Source: a virus. From it: a DNA stretch of 64,000 nt. The notes beneath the pieces were generated by a model. The model was given only the letters and a program-made list of their open reading frames with translations, did no database searches and was not told the origin of the DNA. Below, piece by piece: positions 9,950 through 20,966 of the stretch. Both the position numbers and the translations under genes were made by a program. The stretch is taken from IMG/VR virus record IMGVR_UViG_3300008107_000157, positions 25,345 through 89,344 of that record. One strand, given 5' to 3'. Within the stretch, counting starts at the first letter, position 1; each line of letters starts with the position of its first letter.

Positions 9950-11296
9950 TTATTTTATACAATGAACGTTAATCATCTTATGTTTATCAAATATAGTTTG
10001 TGTATTTAGATATTTAAATTTTTCATCTAAATTACTCATACCATCGTTTTTATAATCTATTTTACCTTGCTGCATTTCTAACACATATCTTCTTTCGTTT
10101 GCAGCTGTGGTTTCTCCTTTTGCCCACTTTTCTATTCCACCAACATTAATTAATCCTTCGGTTTGATGCGGTAAGCATAGAAATTTACCATCTCGTCTAT
10201 ATGGTAAAATTACATCAGAAATTTTTATATCTCTATCTTCAAATGAAACATTTTTACATATTCCATCATTTAATTCGGATTGGTCTATAACTCTACCCAT
10301 CTCATCAAATTCTTTAAAATTATAATGTAATAACAATCCCTTTGTTGAGAATTGTTTGTGTAATAATTCTATTTCAGCTTCACCTAAAGCTCTGTTCCAA
10401 AATTTAATATCTGCAATTTCGCCTTTAAAAAAGGCGTTTGGTTCAAATCCAGCTACCGATGGGGTATATCCTATATAGAATGGTTCGCTCCCATATCTTT
10501 TTAAAGTATGTTCGTATCTTAGTGGAGATTCTGTACCCGTACCATGTCTTGCGCTACTCTCTCTACCATTTAGATAAAAGTGCATTTTTTTGTTATAATC
10601 ATCTGCAACCATTGTTAGCCAACTCCACTCACCTTCATATCGTTTAAACCATTGATATAAATGTTCTTTATGTGAGTTCCATAGCATGGCTGTATAAGCT
10701 CTGCTATTATTAAATGATACACCCCAATCGTAACCTGGCTTTCTAAATATGGGGTATTCAACAAACTTTCTATTTTCATCTCCTATCAACCAAATGGGTA
10801 CTTTTTCAATCTGCTGGTCAGCCTTTACTAATATTGATATTGTATGAGAACTACTTATTGCAAATCGCATATCTTCATTGCATGGTATTTTAATCATAGA
10901 TGTTTTACCATCAAAAATAGCAGCAGTTTTTGTTTTATCAAACTCTATAAACTGCCTATCAGCCATTCCTTCTTTTACACATCTCCAAAATAAATCATCA
11001 TCCTCCATACCCCAATCCCAATAATCATTTGAATAACCATTGGTTTTTAGGACTTGTTCTTTTGTAAATAAAACTGCACCACCAAAATATTCATAATATT
11101 TTAATCCATAGTCGGATTGTGAAATACGAACTGCTAAGTGTTTTGGATTATCCGAATTGTACGAATAATCGCAACTCTCATCTTCTGGCACCATATCAAT
11201 ATCATGCCATACAATGTAATCACACCCATCTTCAAATGCGTATTTAGCAGCAACATTTTTCATCAATCCCCTATTAAAAAGATGTTCATCAATATA
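9950..11296 (-). pseudogene. GT7 (beta-1,4-galactosyltransferase-like) glycosyltransferase with LamG insert, N-terminally truncated
   Basis: HDIDM, YFGGA, WDWGMEDDD, LamG insert; frame extends upstream to YIDEHLFNRGL and abuts the previous gene's TAG; the first ~40 aa seen in paralogs (IVPYR motif) are absent. Confidence 0.7.
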
Positions 11297-12724
11297 CTAA
11301 ATTAATACAGATAAATGATGATACTTTTGTATATGTGAATTACCAATAATCTGATACATACAGCTATTTAATCCATCCTTTTTTGTATCATATAAATCTT
11401 GCTTTATTTCATTTAAGAATTTTATCTGATTTATACGGGTTTCATTATGAACCCATCTACCACCATCCCAACTATTTGTCTTATGTGATAATAGTTTAAA
11501 TAATCCAACACGTCTATATGGAACATCTATCATTTTACCCAATGATTCTGTTGATTTAATAAAATGAGAATTAAATACTTGTCCATCATTTTTATTAAAA
11601 GTTAAGTCCATTATGTAATTGTTTCTAACAAATTTTGAATCATAATAGAGCATTAAATTTTCAGCGGAATTGTAGCCTCTAAAATTTTCTAATAAAGAAT
11701 TTTCTAAAGCCGTTTCTGATAATGTTTGAATTTCTTTAGGACTCAATATATCGTTGAATATTGCAAATTCGGAAATTGTTCCTGAAAAATAATTTGGATT
11801 ACTTCTTTTCGGGTCTCCTACTCCTAAATAAAAATGCTGCTCCTTAGAATAATCTTTTAATTTTCCTTTGTAATAATCTCTACCAACTAACTCACCATCT
11901 TTATAAAAAGAAATTGTTTTTTCTTCAGCATTTATTACTAAAGCTATTTGTGTAAAATGGTTTGTAAGTATTTCCGAATTTATTGAGATACATTTATTTT
12001 TATCATCCCAAACATCTACTTTATATCTTCTAAAAGAATTAAAAGAAATATTTGTATCGTATCCCGGTATAGAAAATACCGTAAAATCATCATATTCCAA
12101 ATTTGGATTTGAAACCAAATCATCTGGCTTAAAACTTATTAATATGGTTCTGTTTTTTGAAAAATCTAATAAATCTTTTTTCTCTATTTTAATATGAGAT
12201 TGCGAACCATCGAAGTACAATCCATATACATTTTTTACATCATTTTTTCCAATGATTGTAGTATCTAATGGTAGATTTTCGTTTTTACTTCTAAATAATA
12301 AATCATCATCTTCAAACCCCCATCCCCAATATAAATTAGAATAACCATTTATTTTTTCAAATGCTTCATTTGAAAACATAGTTACACCACCAAAATAATC
12401 TTCAAATGATAAATTTTTTGATTTATCGTTTTCTAATTCAAATTCGGTAGCAAGATGTAGTGGTATATCTGAATATGAATAATCAACATCAATCGGAATC
12501 ATATCCACATCGTGAAATACAACGTAATTACAATCTAATTTTTTAGCTTCTAAAAAGCCTATATTTAATAATTTTCCTCTATTAAATGGTTTTTTATCAG
12601 ATTGCTCTACGACTATTAATTCGTATTCTATATCATTGTTCGAAAGATAGGAAGGCATTTGCTTTATAAATTTTTCCAAATGTTCTTGTCTATCTCTATA
12701 TGGAACTATAACTCCTAATTTCAT
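11297..12724 (-). CDS. GT7 glycosyltransferase with internal LamG domain
   Basis: VIVPYRDR, FNRGKLLNIG, FHDVDM, YFGGV, WGWGFEDDD, then LamG (FDG...FYKDGE...FSGTISEFAIFN), then DGLNS. Confidence 0.85.
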   Translation of the reverse strand: MKLGVIVPYRDRQEHLEKFIKQMPSYLSNNDIEYELIVVEQSDKKPFNRGKLLNIGFLEAKKLDCNYVVFHDVDMIPIDVDYSYSDIPLHLATEFELENDKSKNLSFEDYFGGVTMFSNEAFEKINGYSNLYWGWGFEDDDLLFRSKNENLPLDTTIIGKNDVKNVYGLYFDGSQSHIKIEKKDLLDFSKNRTILISFKPDDLVSNPNLEYDDFTVFSIPGYDTNISFNSFRRYKVDVWDDKNKCISINSEILTNHFTQIALVINAEEKTISFYKDGELVGRDYYKGKLKDYSKEQHFYLGVGDPKRSNPNYFSGTISEFAIFNDILSPKEIQTLSETALENSLLENFRGYNSAENLMLYYDSKFVRNNYIMDLTFNKNDGQVFNSHFIKSTESLGKMIDVPYRRVGLFKLLSHKTNSWDGGRWVHNETRINQIKFLNEIKQDLYDTKKDGLNSCMYQIIGNSHIQKYHHLSVLI

Positions 12725-12732
12725 ATTTTAAT

Positions 12733-13053
12733 TTAGACTGTTTCTATATCTTTTTTTGGTCTTACCTTTCTAACAGGCATTGGATTTGATTCGGATTGAG
12801 TTACTTCTGCTGTATCTTCATCCCCGCCATTACTTCTAGCTTTTGCTAAATTGTGAAACTCATACAAATAGTATGCAATTCTCTCACTCCAATCTTTTTT
12901 ATCAATTTCTTCAAACCAAATAGTTAACGCATCTAATGAATTTGCAATCTTTTCCATTGCTTTCACTTTTCTGGTTTCTAACACAACTAATTCTAAATTG
13001 GTAGGTTGCGGGGTTTGTTCTTGTTTTACATCTTCTTTTTTACTTGTAGCCAT
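12733..13053 (-). CDS. Hypothetical protein
   Basis: 106-aa ORF tightly packed in the operon. Confidence 0.6.
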   Translation of the reverse strand: MATSKKEDVKQEQTPQPTNLELVVLETRKVKAMEKIANSLDALTIWFEEIDKKDWSERIAYYLYEFHNLAKARSNGGDEDTAEVTQSESNPMPVRKVRPKKDIETV

Positions 13054-13057
13054 ATTA

Positions 13058-14512
13058 TTAAATTTTAATTGAATGTATGAATATGTTTTCTTTTATTTTT
13101 TTAGTTTCCTTTAGGTCATACGATAAAGTATTTAACCCAAAATTATCAGTATTTAATACGCCAGATGCAATTTCATAAAAGAATATATTTTCATTCTCTA
13201 TAAAGTTTTCATCTTTTTCATCCCACTTATAATTCTCTAATTTAAGGAATTTTTTTGAATTTTCCAAAATTTCAAAATATCCTGGGGATTCTTCGGGCAT
13301 TGGAAATTTATATGATACGTTTATATCTTCTTTTTCTATCTCTGAAATCAATCCGGTTGATATTCCCCTTAAATTACTTTTTGATTTCTTAGAAATATCT
13401 ACATAGAAATCTCCGAATCTTTTATCAAATGGTATATTGATTACAGGTTCAAACGTTGTACTTTTTTCTTTGTACCCATCTACATATATTTTTTGAATTT
13501 CTGATTCTTTTAGTGCGTAATCAAATATTAGTAGTTCTGATATTTTTCCTCTTAAATTGTTTTTATATTCTAAACTACCAACCCAAACATCACTCATTGA
13601 TGTATCCAATATATTTGGTGATATATTTACTCTACTAACATCTTTTCCATTCAAATATAAAACCATTTCCGAATTATTTAAATCGATGGTTAATCCAATA
13701 TTAACCCATTCGTTACAATAGTTTCTATGTGGAAACCATATTTGATGTAATTCTTTTTTATCATTCCAAATTTGAGCAACTATGGCTTCATTCTTCATCA
13801 CAAATAATCCAATATCATATCCTTTTTTCCCAACAATGCAGGCATTTTGAATTTGGTCATCATTTATATATGCATTTACCGATATTGTAAATGAATCGTT
13901 AAATGTTAAATTGGTAACTTTATTGGATTTAATTACACCACATGTATTATCGCTACACAACAATGGATATATTGTTTTTTTAATTTCTCTATTAGCTAAC
14001 TTACTATCTGTTAGCATATGAGGTTTATATAAATTTTTAGTAAAGAACTTATTGAGAGTTAGGTATCCTTTTTTATTTAATCGATAATGTAAATCATTCC
14101 AATGAAATGCTCCACCCCAATAATCATTACTAAATCCATTAATTTTTTGGAATTGTTGTTTATTTATTTTAAATGCTCCTCCAATCCAATCGGCATAAGG
14201 TCTTAAATTTGAACACAAATGCGTTGGTTTATCCGAATACCAATAATCACATCTTTCGTCTTTCGGTAAAACATCTATATCGTGAAATATGAAATAGTCA
14301 TTATCATCTTTTGCTAAATCGAATCCGATGTTACATAATTTACCATAATTAAAATATAAATCTGCATATTTTTGGTTCATAAAATGAATAGTATAATCCA
14401 TTTTATCTTCTAAGAAATATTCCATATGGCCGGAGAATTTATACATTTCATCCAACCTATTTTCGGTATATGGTACAATTATTGCTAATTTTTTATTTTC
14501 AGCACCTTTCAT
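13058..14512 (-). CDS. GT7-like glycosyltransferase with LamG insert, degenerate catalytic motif
   Basis: IIVPY, FNYGKLCNIG, FHDIDV, WIGGA; WGGAFHWND in place of WGWGxEDDD. Confidence 0.75.
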   Translation of the reverse strand: MKGAENKKLAIIVPYTENRLDEMYKFSGHMEYFLEDKMDYTIHFMNQKYADLYFNYGKLCNIGFDLAKDDNDYFIFHDIDVLPKDERCDYWYSDKPTHLCSNLRPYADWIGGAFKINKQQFQKINGFSNDYWGGAFHWNDLHYRLNKKGYLTLNKFFTKNLYKPHMLTDSKLANREIKKTIYPLLCSDNTCGVIKSNKVTNLTFNDSFTISVNAYINDDQIQNACIVGKKGYDIGLFVMKNEAIVAQIWNDKKELHQIWFPHRNYCNEWVNIGLTIDLNNSEMVLYLNGKDVSRVNISPNILDTSMSDVWVGSLEYKNNLRGKISELLIFDYALKESEIQKIYVDGYKEKSTTFEPVINIPFDKRFGDFYVDISKKSKSNLRGISTGLISEIEKEDINVSYKFPMPEESPGYFEILENSKKFLKLENYKWDEKDENFIENENIFFYEIASGVLNTDNFGLNTLSYDLKETKKIKENIFIHSIKI

Positions 14513-15369
14513 TATAAACTTATTATTTTTTTACTTAAATGATTCCAGTTTTTATAGTTTTCATAGTTTGGAGTTATACACTCCTCAAACATATACTCTT
14601 TATTAGAAATATCTACTATGAATTTATTCTCTTTTAGAGATTCATACATTTTCCTATATTCATCTGAATATGAATATGGTGTATTAATATCTGCAACTGC
14701 TTTTAATCTTCTTCTTACTGTTGAATCCCATTTAAAATGATGTACTTGTGTGAAATTTTTATCAACGGGGTATCTTAGCGGATGATTCCAACCTCTCCAC
14801 TTCCAAGTAGTTTCACCATCAATAATAGCATAATGTTGTCCGTTTGATATTTGAACATTACCCTTACATAAAGTAACTTTATTTGGACAAGCTCCACTCA
14901 TCGGTTGTCTAAAAAATCCAGCCATTGGAAACTCTTTCCAAATATTAGTATCATCATCTATTGATGGAAAATCGCCATCAATACCAATTCTATCTATAAA
15001 TCCACCAGTTACGAATTTCCATCCATTTATATCACAATCGGTTATTATTTCTGATATCGGTTTTGAATACAATTGAAATTCATCATCATCTGCTACAATC
15101 CACCAATCATTTGGGAATAGCATTTTAGTTTCATTGTATAGATTTGTAACCATTTCCCAATCAAATGGTTTGTGAGTTTTTACTTTGTGAATTTTTAATC
15201 CGAAATCGGCACAAATATCTGCTATCTCAAATTCTATTTTCTTATTTGTTTCGGAGTTTTCATATACCACAACAAATATATCGCTCACTATATCTTTATA
15301 GTGATTCAATTGATGTCGTAATGTATTGGTGCGGTGTCCTGTAACTGTTACCAATTTTGGTTTAACCAT
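14512..15369 (-). CDS. GT-A fold (family 2-like) glycosyltransferase
   Basis: WWIVADDDEF DxD motif, GGFIDR, GQH, VHHFKW. Confidence 0.65.
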   Translation of the reverse strand: MVKPKLVTVTGHRTNTLRHQLNHYKDIVSDIFVVVYENSETNKKIEFEIADICADFGLKIHKVKTHKPFDWEMVTNLYNETKMLFPNDWWIVADDDEFQLYSKPISEIITDCDINGWKFVTGGFIDRIGIDGDFPSIDDDTNIWKEFPMAGFFRQPMSGACPNKVTLCKGNVQISNGQHYAIIDGETTWKWRGWNHPLRYPVDKNFTQVHHFKWDSTVRRRLKAVADINTPYSYSDEYRKMYESLKENKFIVDISNKEYMFEECITPNYENYKNWNHLSKKIISL

Positions 15370-15394
15370 AACTTATTGTCTTCGTTTATATATA

Positions 15395-16153
15395 TTATTT
15401 TTTGGTTAATACTGTTAAACCAGTACTTGTGGTTTTAGATGTAAACATACGAAAATTTTTTAAATTTACCAAATTCCAATCATTATTTTTTTCTAATTCT
15501 TTAATAAATTTAGCAGGGCCATCAAATGGAACAAAATCTTTTTTAGCTTCTTCTGTAATAATAAATGTGTCTTGGTATTTTTGGTCTATATCGTGAATTG
15601 TAATAATTCCGTTTTCTGACATTATTTGTGAATATAGTTCAAAATCTTTTTTAACTCCCTCATATGAATGGTCACCATCTATGTGTAGATAATCAATTTT
15701 AATATCTTGTCTTACAAAATAATCATAATATGCTCTTTCGGATGTTTCTAAAATTACTTGGGGTTGAAAATGTGTTCTTAAAAAAGAATTCTCATCAGTC
15801 CAATCGGTATATCCACCTATACCATTAGCCGCATCTACGATAATTGTAGTTCCAATATCTCCCCATTCGTTTGTATTTTTTCCTTCAAAAATACCCTGCT
15901 CCCATAAATCATATCGTGATTGTGTCATAAGACGTGGTATAAATCCACCTCCCGTTCCAATACATACGCATATTTTTGCTCTAATAAATTGAATGAAAGA
16001 ATATACCAACAACCCATCGCCTAAGTGTAAATCGGTTGCACCATGTGTCCAACGATAATTTATCGGAGTATGTATCATATTACCATCTTCATTAATAATA
16101 TGATTATTAGTTAAATAATCTTTAACTATATTTAAATTGATAAGACTTTGCAT
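15395..16153 (-). CDS. Class I SAM-dependent methyltransferase (Methyltransf_24-like)
   Basis: CIGTGGG, IDYLHIDGDHSYEGVKKDF, GIITIHD. Confidence 0.8.
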   Translation of the reverse strand: MQSLINLNIVKDYLTNNHIINEDGNMIHTPINYRWTHGATDLHLGDGLLVYSFIQFIRAKICVCIGTGGGFIPRLMTQSRYDLWEQGIFEGKNTNEWGDIGTTIIVDAANGIGGYTDWTDENSFLRTHFQPQVILETSERAYYDYFVRQDIKIDYLHIDGDHSYEGVKKDFELYSQIMSENGIITIHDIDQKYQDTFIITEEAKKDFVPFDGPAKFIKELEKNNDWNLVNLKNFRMFTSKTTSTGLTVLTKK

Positions 16154-17121
16154 ATTTCAGTAACCCAGTTTTGTTTATTAATGTATTTGGTTAATCCATC
16201 TCTTAATTTAGAAAATTCTAAATTTATAGTATTGAAATCATCTTCTAATATTTTTAAATATCTTTGGTGAAATTCACCTTTACTACCTGCTCTATATTTG
16301 TAATCAATATGTTTCATCCATTCCGTATGTATGATTGGAATTTTACCATTATCGACCGCATCAAAGATTGCGTATCCAAATGGCTCTTTTTCATAACATC
16401 CGTGAAATATCTGAAAATTACTTTCAAAAAACTTTTTATGAAATCTATAATCAAATTCTATAAATCTATGATAATCTGAATTTGTATTCGAACTTTCTAA
16501 CATTCGTTTATAGTCATATTTGTTTGAAAATATAATCGATGGAATGTAATCTAAATAATGTGCGTTTTTTCTCGTTTCACACCTAGCCGCATATCCCACT
16601 TTATTGGTTATGATTCCTAAAAATGGTTTGCTTTCTTTCCATTCATAATAATTTGTAATGTTAATAACGTGTGGATAACTTTCATGTATAGTATCGTTTT
16701 CATATCCAATCCAAATTATATTATCCGAATTATCTAATATTTCCTTTTGCCATTCCCAATCTATTTTAGTCATTATGTTTTCATAATCAGAATTCAAACC
16801 CATCATATCAGGAATAAAAGCATGAACAAAGGTTGTGTGAGTTTTATGTAAATACTTTTTGATTATAGGATTTGGTTTGTAAGAATGATGTAAAAAAACT
16901 ATTTTATCACAAGACTCCAATAAGGCATCTACTTTTCCATCATTTTCAAATGTGTATAATTTATAAAAATCTTCTTTTCTATTTACTAAAGGTCTACCAT
17001 CTATTAGTAAAACAAATTTCTCTTTTATTAATGGAAATATATTTTCTATAAAATTAGACACCCATAAATCAGAACCTCCTATAACATTTTCATTATAACC
17101 CGTTGTTATGAATACTATCAT
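16132..17121 (-). CDS. GT-B fold glycosyltransferase (GT4-like)
   Basis: GGSDLWV N-terminal motif, RCETRKN, EPFGYAIFDAVDNGKIPI. Confidence 0.65.
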   Translation of the reverse strand: MIVFITTGYNENVIGGSDLWVSNFIENIFPLIKEKFVLLIDGRPLVNRKEDFYKLYTFENDGKVDALLESCDKIVFLHHSYKPNPIIKKYLHKTHTTFVHAFIPDMMGLNSDYENIMTKIDWEWQKEILDNSDNIIWIGYENDTIHESYPHVINITNYYEWKESKPFLGIITNKVGYAARCETRKNAHYLDYIPSIIFSNKYDYKRMLESSNTNSDYHRFIEFDYRFHKKFFESNFQIFHGCYEKEPFGYAIFDAVDNGKIPIIHTEWMKHIDYKYRAGSKGEFHQRYLKILEDDFNTINLEFSKLRDGLTKYINKQNWVTEICKVLSI

Positions 17122-20100
17122 ATACTTCCACTTATTTTTGCTTCCAATTCATCTATTTTGGCAGATAATTGCTGAATTGATTTAATCATAGGTGATATTA
17201 ATTCATTATATGCAATACCAAGCTCTTGTCTATCAGATGCAGCCATTTCACGCTCATACACTTCCCAATCTCTTCTATCTTTAAATTTTTCAATTTCTTC
17301 CGCAGTATAATTTACAGAAGAACTTACTAAAAATCCAGCATCAGAAGTTGTTAATCCATAATCTACTAAAGATGCTGTAACTTCTTGTGCAATCAATCCA
17401 TAATGAAATCTTGGACTAGATGCTCCTATTCTTTTATATTTTACAGGATTTAATTTGTTTATAAAATCTAAACCCAAATCAGTTGGTTGTATATCCTCTT
17501 TTAATCTTCTATCTGAAACTTGTAATAGATTATTTGAATATATGTATCTCCACCTATTACCACTTGTACCTAAATCGTTTGTATTTCCTGTAAATGGATG
17601 AACAACTCCATCGAAGTATGAAAAAGTACTAGTATTCGGAGATTTTACATAAATAGCACCTAAAGATTCGAATGCATATGAACTATTTCTAGCTATTTTT
17701 GCAAATTGATTTGCAGATGATGCAACTTGTAAACCAAACTCTGTTAATTCACCAAAATCTACTTCAGGGGTAAAATTACTACTTCCCCCCGTATAACCAC
17801 CACCAGCGAGTTGTACATATCCACTTGTAAAATTACCTTGCACTGTCCTTACAGGAAACAAATAATAAGTACCCGCAGTAGGAAATGATAACGTTGTGAG
17901 GGATGAGTATATGCCCATAACTCCCGTTTCATTCGGCATACCATATGTTGTATCACCACCAACACTTATATATCCAACACTATTTGCAGTTGCGTATGTA
18001 GGTCCATCTTTAATCTCAATCCAAAAATTAACAGAAAAATATCCATTAAAAGTTGGGCTCGTATAATATAAGTTAGAGCCATTTCCAGAAAATGATGGAG
18101 TACCAACGTAGCTACCCGCATCCGGTATATATATAGTTTGAACAACACCAACTGTTTGATTATACACATTTGAATAATAAGTACCAGCACCGGTTGTTTG
18201 GGATGGCATTGAAAGATTTACACTATTTCCTCCTAAATATGTTAGCTGACCTGTTCTTATTGTTAATTTTGTTGCACCGTTGGCGTTATTGAATCTCATA
18301 GATGGTATAGATGGGTCTAATATGATTTTACCAGCAGAACCACTACCTTCCAAAGCAGTACCACTAATAGTCCATCCACCAATTCTACCGGTATTTGCGG
18401 TTACCGTACCCGTCATAGATGCGTTATTGGCAACCATATTTCCAGAAGTATCTACTGAAAAGTTAGAGCCAATTGTAATAGCACCACCACTAATAGTAAC
18501 ATTTGTTGCAGTTAGTGCACCTGCAGGTGTTACTCTAAATGGCGCAGAAGCAAATGTTGTATTACCCAAATATATACCATTTGAGTCCGCTTTAAAAATG
18601 TTATTTCCTGTACCAATTGAAATAGTTCCACCACTAAATGTTGATGCATTCATAGTTCCAGTAAGCGATAAAGCACTTCCATTAAAAGATAATTTATCGC
18701 CTAATGAAAATATATCAGTAGAACCTGATTTGAAATAAAATGGAGTGTTTGCATTGTTGTAAGTTCCCGCTCCAACGTATATACTTTTATTTGTACCATC
18801 CAATGTAATACCATTTGGCCCTACTCTAAATATTTCATCAAAATAGCCAGCATTACCAGCAATAGCCGGTGAATATATAAAACTATCATTAATAAAAGTA
18901 CCCGTTAAAGTAGAGTTACCATTAACAACTGCTTGTAAGTTATTAGCAACTGTTGTTGCTGCTGATTGCGCATTTGATGCCGCAGTTGATGCATTAGAAG
19001 CAGCGGTTGCGGCATTGTTTGCGGTTGTTTGTGCAGTTGCCGCCGATGCAGTTGCTGCGTTTGCGGTTGTTTGTGCCGTAGCTGCATTACTAACGCCTGT
19101 ATTTGCCGTTAATTGTGCGGTATTAACACTTCCTGATAGTGTTGTAAATCCACCAAATCCACCCAAGTCTACCGATGATTGATTTGTAAAGTTTAATGAA
19201 CCTTTTATTTCCAAAGAAGTTCCTGTCCACTTTAAGAATGATGTAGTTCCGTTTACAATACTAAATTTAGCAACGTTACTATCTCTACCCAAAAATATTC
19301 CATCATTTGCATATCCTTGCGTTGATTGTCCAATTGATAAATACGGATTTGTACTACCGCCGGCTAATGTAATATTAGCAGATGATACTCCACCATTATT
19401 ATTTGTACCAATGTTTAATGTACTTTGAACATATGAATCTTCAAATAAACCTATCTTTGCAGCCACAAAGAAATCTTGTGTTCCTAATGAAATCCACGGC
19501 CCACCTAAATCTGGTCTACCTGTTAAAGAATTTGAGTTATTTGTTGATGTGTGTTGTCTAGTTGCTGCATAATATGTATCATATGGAGCGTTTCCGTTTG
19601 AACTCCACAATACAGTATCTCTTCGTCCATCACCAGAAGTTAACCCATCCGAATATTGATAAGCTCTTCCTGCTTCCCAAATTCCAGTATGAACCACACC
19701 AGGTCCAGTTTGTCCATCTAATGTTACTGATACTTTATGTGATTGTGAAACAGAAGCCGGAGTACCAGCCGCGTTTTTATATTCAACCGTAAACGTTACA
19801 TTTGTTCCTGCGGTTGTTGTTGGAGTTGTTGGTGTTATAGATGCGTTTGTGTGTGCTTGATGCCCAGATAAACTTACAATTCTAAATGTAGAAGCTGAAG
19901 CTAATGTTGCACTATATGTATAAGTTGTGGCTCCCTCAACAACACTAACCACAAATGCGGTTGGTGTTCCATATGTTCCCGTATTACTTCGTGTAACAAT
20001 TTGTGATGCTGGATTTAAGTTTACTACAACTCCACTTTCTCCTTGTTTTATTTTGGAAGCTCTTATTGTTATGTTTTGCGTTTGACCCGTTGTACCTTCA

Positions 20101-20966
20101 CTATTAGTATGAACTACTGTCAATGTTACCGATGCTTCATCTGCGTTCATAACAGCCGATGTCATTGTAAGAGTGGCACCACTAACAGTTGGCAGAGTTG
20201 AAAATCCAACTGCATTGGCTGGCGTAAATGACATAGATGTGAACATAGAATTTGTTCCTTCTAATGCACTTATTGTAACATTTTGTAATGTTCCTGTTTG
20301 TGTACCAGCTGCGTTTGCTGCAACAGTTTGTGCTTGCGGAGTTGCTGAAATAGTAACGCTTGGTACTGCTTTTCTTGCTTTAGATATTGTAGCTACTACA
20401 TTTTTTGTTCCCGTTGTTCCTTCACTATCGGTATAATTTACAGGAATAGTTACTTGTCCCGTATCAGCAGACATTGATGATGCGTTTGAAGTAAATGTTA
20501 AGGTGTTTGTAGACGTAGTTCCACTTAATCCATTTGTATATGTCGGTGTTCCTAAAGATGAAAACCTAGTAGTATTACCTTCTAATGCGGTTATTGTAAG
20601 AGAATTAGGGGTAGCAGAACCACTACCTTTTGAATTAGCTTCTATCGTTTGAGCCGGTGGTGTAACTGCCACTACAACATTAGGAACTCCATCTTTTGCT
20701 TTTGAATAAGTTACAACTTTTGTAATATCAGTTGTACTACCTCTACCGTCTTTATATCTTACCAATAAACTTAATGAACCACTATCAGCGGTTAATGATG
20801 TAATTCCATAAGTAGCATCATCTGGTGTTGTATCATTTGGAGTACAATTTATACCCGTTGCTGAAATTATATCAAATCTATTATTTGTTGCTAAATTTTC
20901 TTCTCTTGCAATATCTTCTCCACCAACTTTAACACTTACCGAACCACTTGTTGCAACAAATGAACT
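17118..20966 (-). CDS. Tail fibre, C-terminal part, with intramolecular chaperone (peptidase S74) domain
   Basis: Ser/Thr/Gly-rich beta repeats, Ala/Thr coiled coil, C-terminal SDRRLKEDI...LNPVKY...YGLIAQEV...YNELISPMIKSIQQL; first ~18 codons of the tracked ORF look out of context, so probably the continuation of the upstream ORF. Confidence 0.8.
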   Translation of the reverse strand, partial: SSFVATSGSVSVKVGGEDIAREENLATNNRFDIISATGINCTPNDTTPDDATYGITSLTADSGSLSLLVRYKDGRGSTTDITKVVTYSKAKDGVPNVVVAVTPPAQTIEANSKGSGSATPNSLTITALEGNTTRFSSLGTPTYTNGLSGTTSTNTLTFTSNASSMSADTGQVTIPVNYTDSEGTTGTKNVVATISKARKAVPSVTISATPQAQTVAANAAGTQTGTLQNVTISALEGTNSMFTSMSFTPANAVGFSTLPTVSGATLTMTSAVMNADEASVTLTVVHTNSEGTTGQTQNITIRASKIKQGESGVVVNLNPASQIVTRSNTGTYGTPTAFVVSVVEGATTYTYSATLASASTFRIVSLSGHQAHTNASITPTTPTTTAGTNVTFTVEYKNAAGTPASVSQSHKVSVTLDGQTGPGVVHTGIWEAGRAYQYSDGLTSGDGRRDTVLWSSNGNAPYDTYYAATRQHTSTNNSNSLTGRPDLGGPWISLGTQDFFVAAKIGLFEDSYVQSTLNIGTNNNGGVSSANITLAGGSTNPYLSIGQSTQGYANDGIFLGRDSNVAKFSIVNGTTSFLKWTGTSLEIKGSLNFTNQSSVDLGGFGGFTTLSGSVNTAQLTANTGVSNAATAQTTANAATASAATAQTTANNAATAASNASTAASNAQSAATTVANNLQAVVNGNSTLTGTFINDSFIYSPAIAGNAGYFDEIFRVGPNGITLDGTNKSIYVGAGTYNNANTPFYFKSGSTDIFSLGDKLSFNGSALSLTGTMNASTFSGGTISIGTGNNIFKADSNGIYLGNTTFASAPFRVTPAGALTATNVTISGGAITIGSNFSVDTSGNMVANNASMTGTVTANTGRIGGWTISGTALEGSGSAGKIILDPSIPSMRFNNANGATKLTIRTGQLTYLGGNSVNLSMPSQTTGAGTYYSNVYNQTVGVVQTIYIPDAGSYVGTPSFSGNGSNLYYTSPTFNGYFSVNFWIEIKDGPTYATANSVGYISVGGDTTYGMPNETGVMGIYSSLTTLSFPTAGTYYLFPVRTVQGNFTSGYVQLAGGGYTGGSSNFTPEVDFGELTEFGLQVASSANQFAKIARNSSYAFESLGAIYVKSPNTSTFSYFDGVVHPFTGNTNDLGTSGNRWRYIYSNNLLQVSDRRLKEDIQPTDLGLDFINKLNPVKYKRIGASSPRFHYGLIAQEVTASLVDYGLTTSDAGFLVSSSVNYTAEEIEKFKDRRDWEVYEREMAASDRQELGIAYNELISPMIKSIQQLSAKIDELEAKISGSI
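18950..19120 (-). repeat. Ala/Thr/Asn-rich heptad repeat (coiled-coil shaft) in the tail fibre
   Basis: AATAQTTANAATASAATAQTTANNAATAASNASTAASNAQSAA. Confidence 0.7.

Noticed and set aside
11297-11320. GT7 C-terminus HHLSVLI as a member of the LI-tag set
   Set aside because: It aligns with the final beta strand of its paralogs (MINVHCIK, IHSIKI) and lacks the polar/basic linker; probably coincidental
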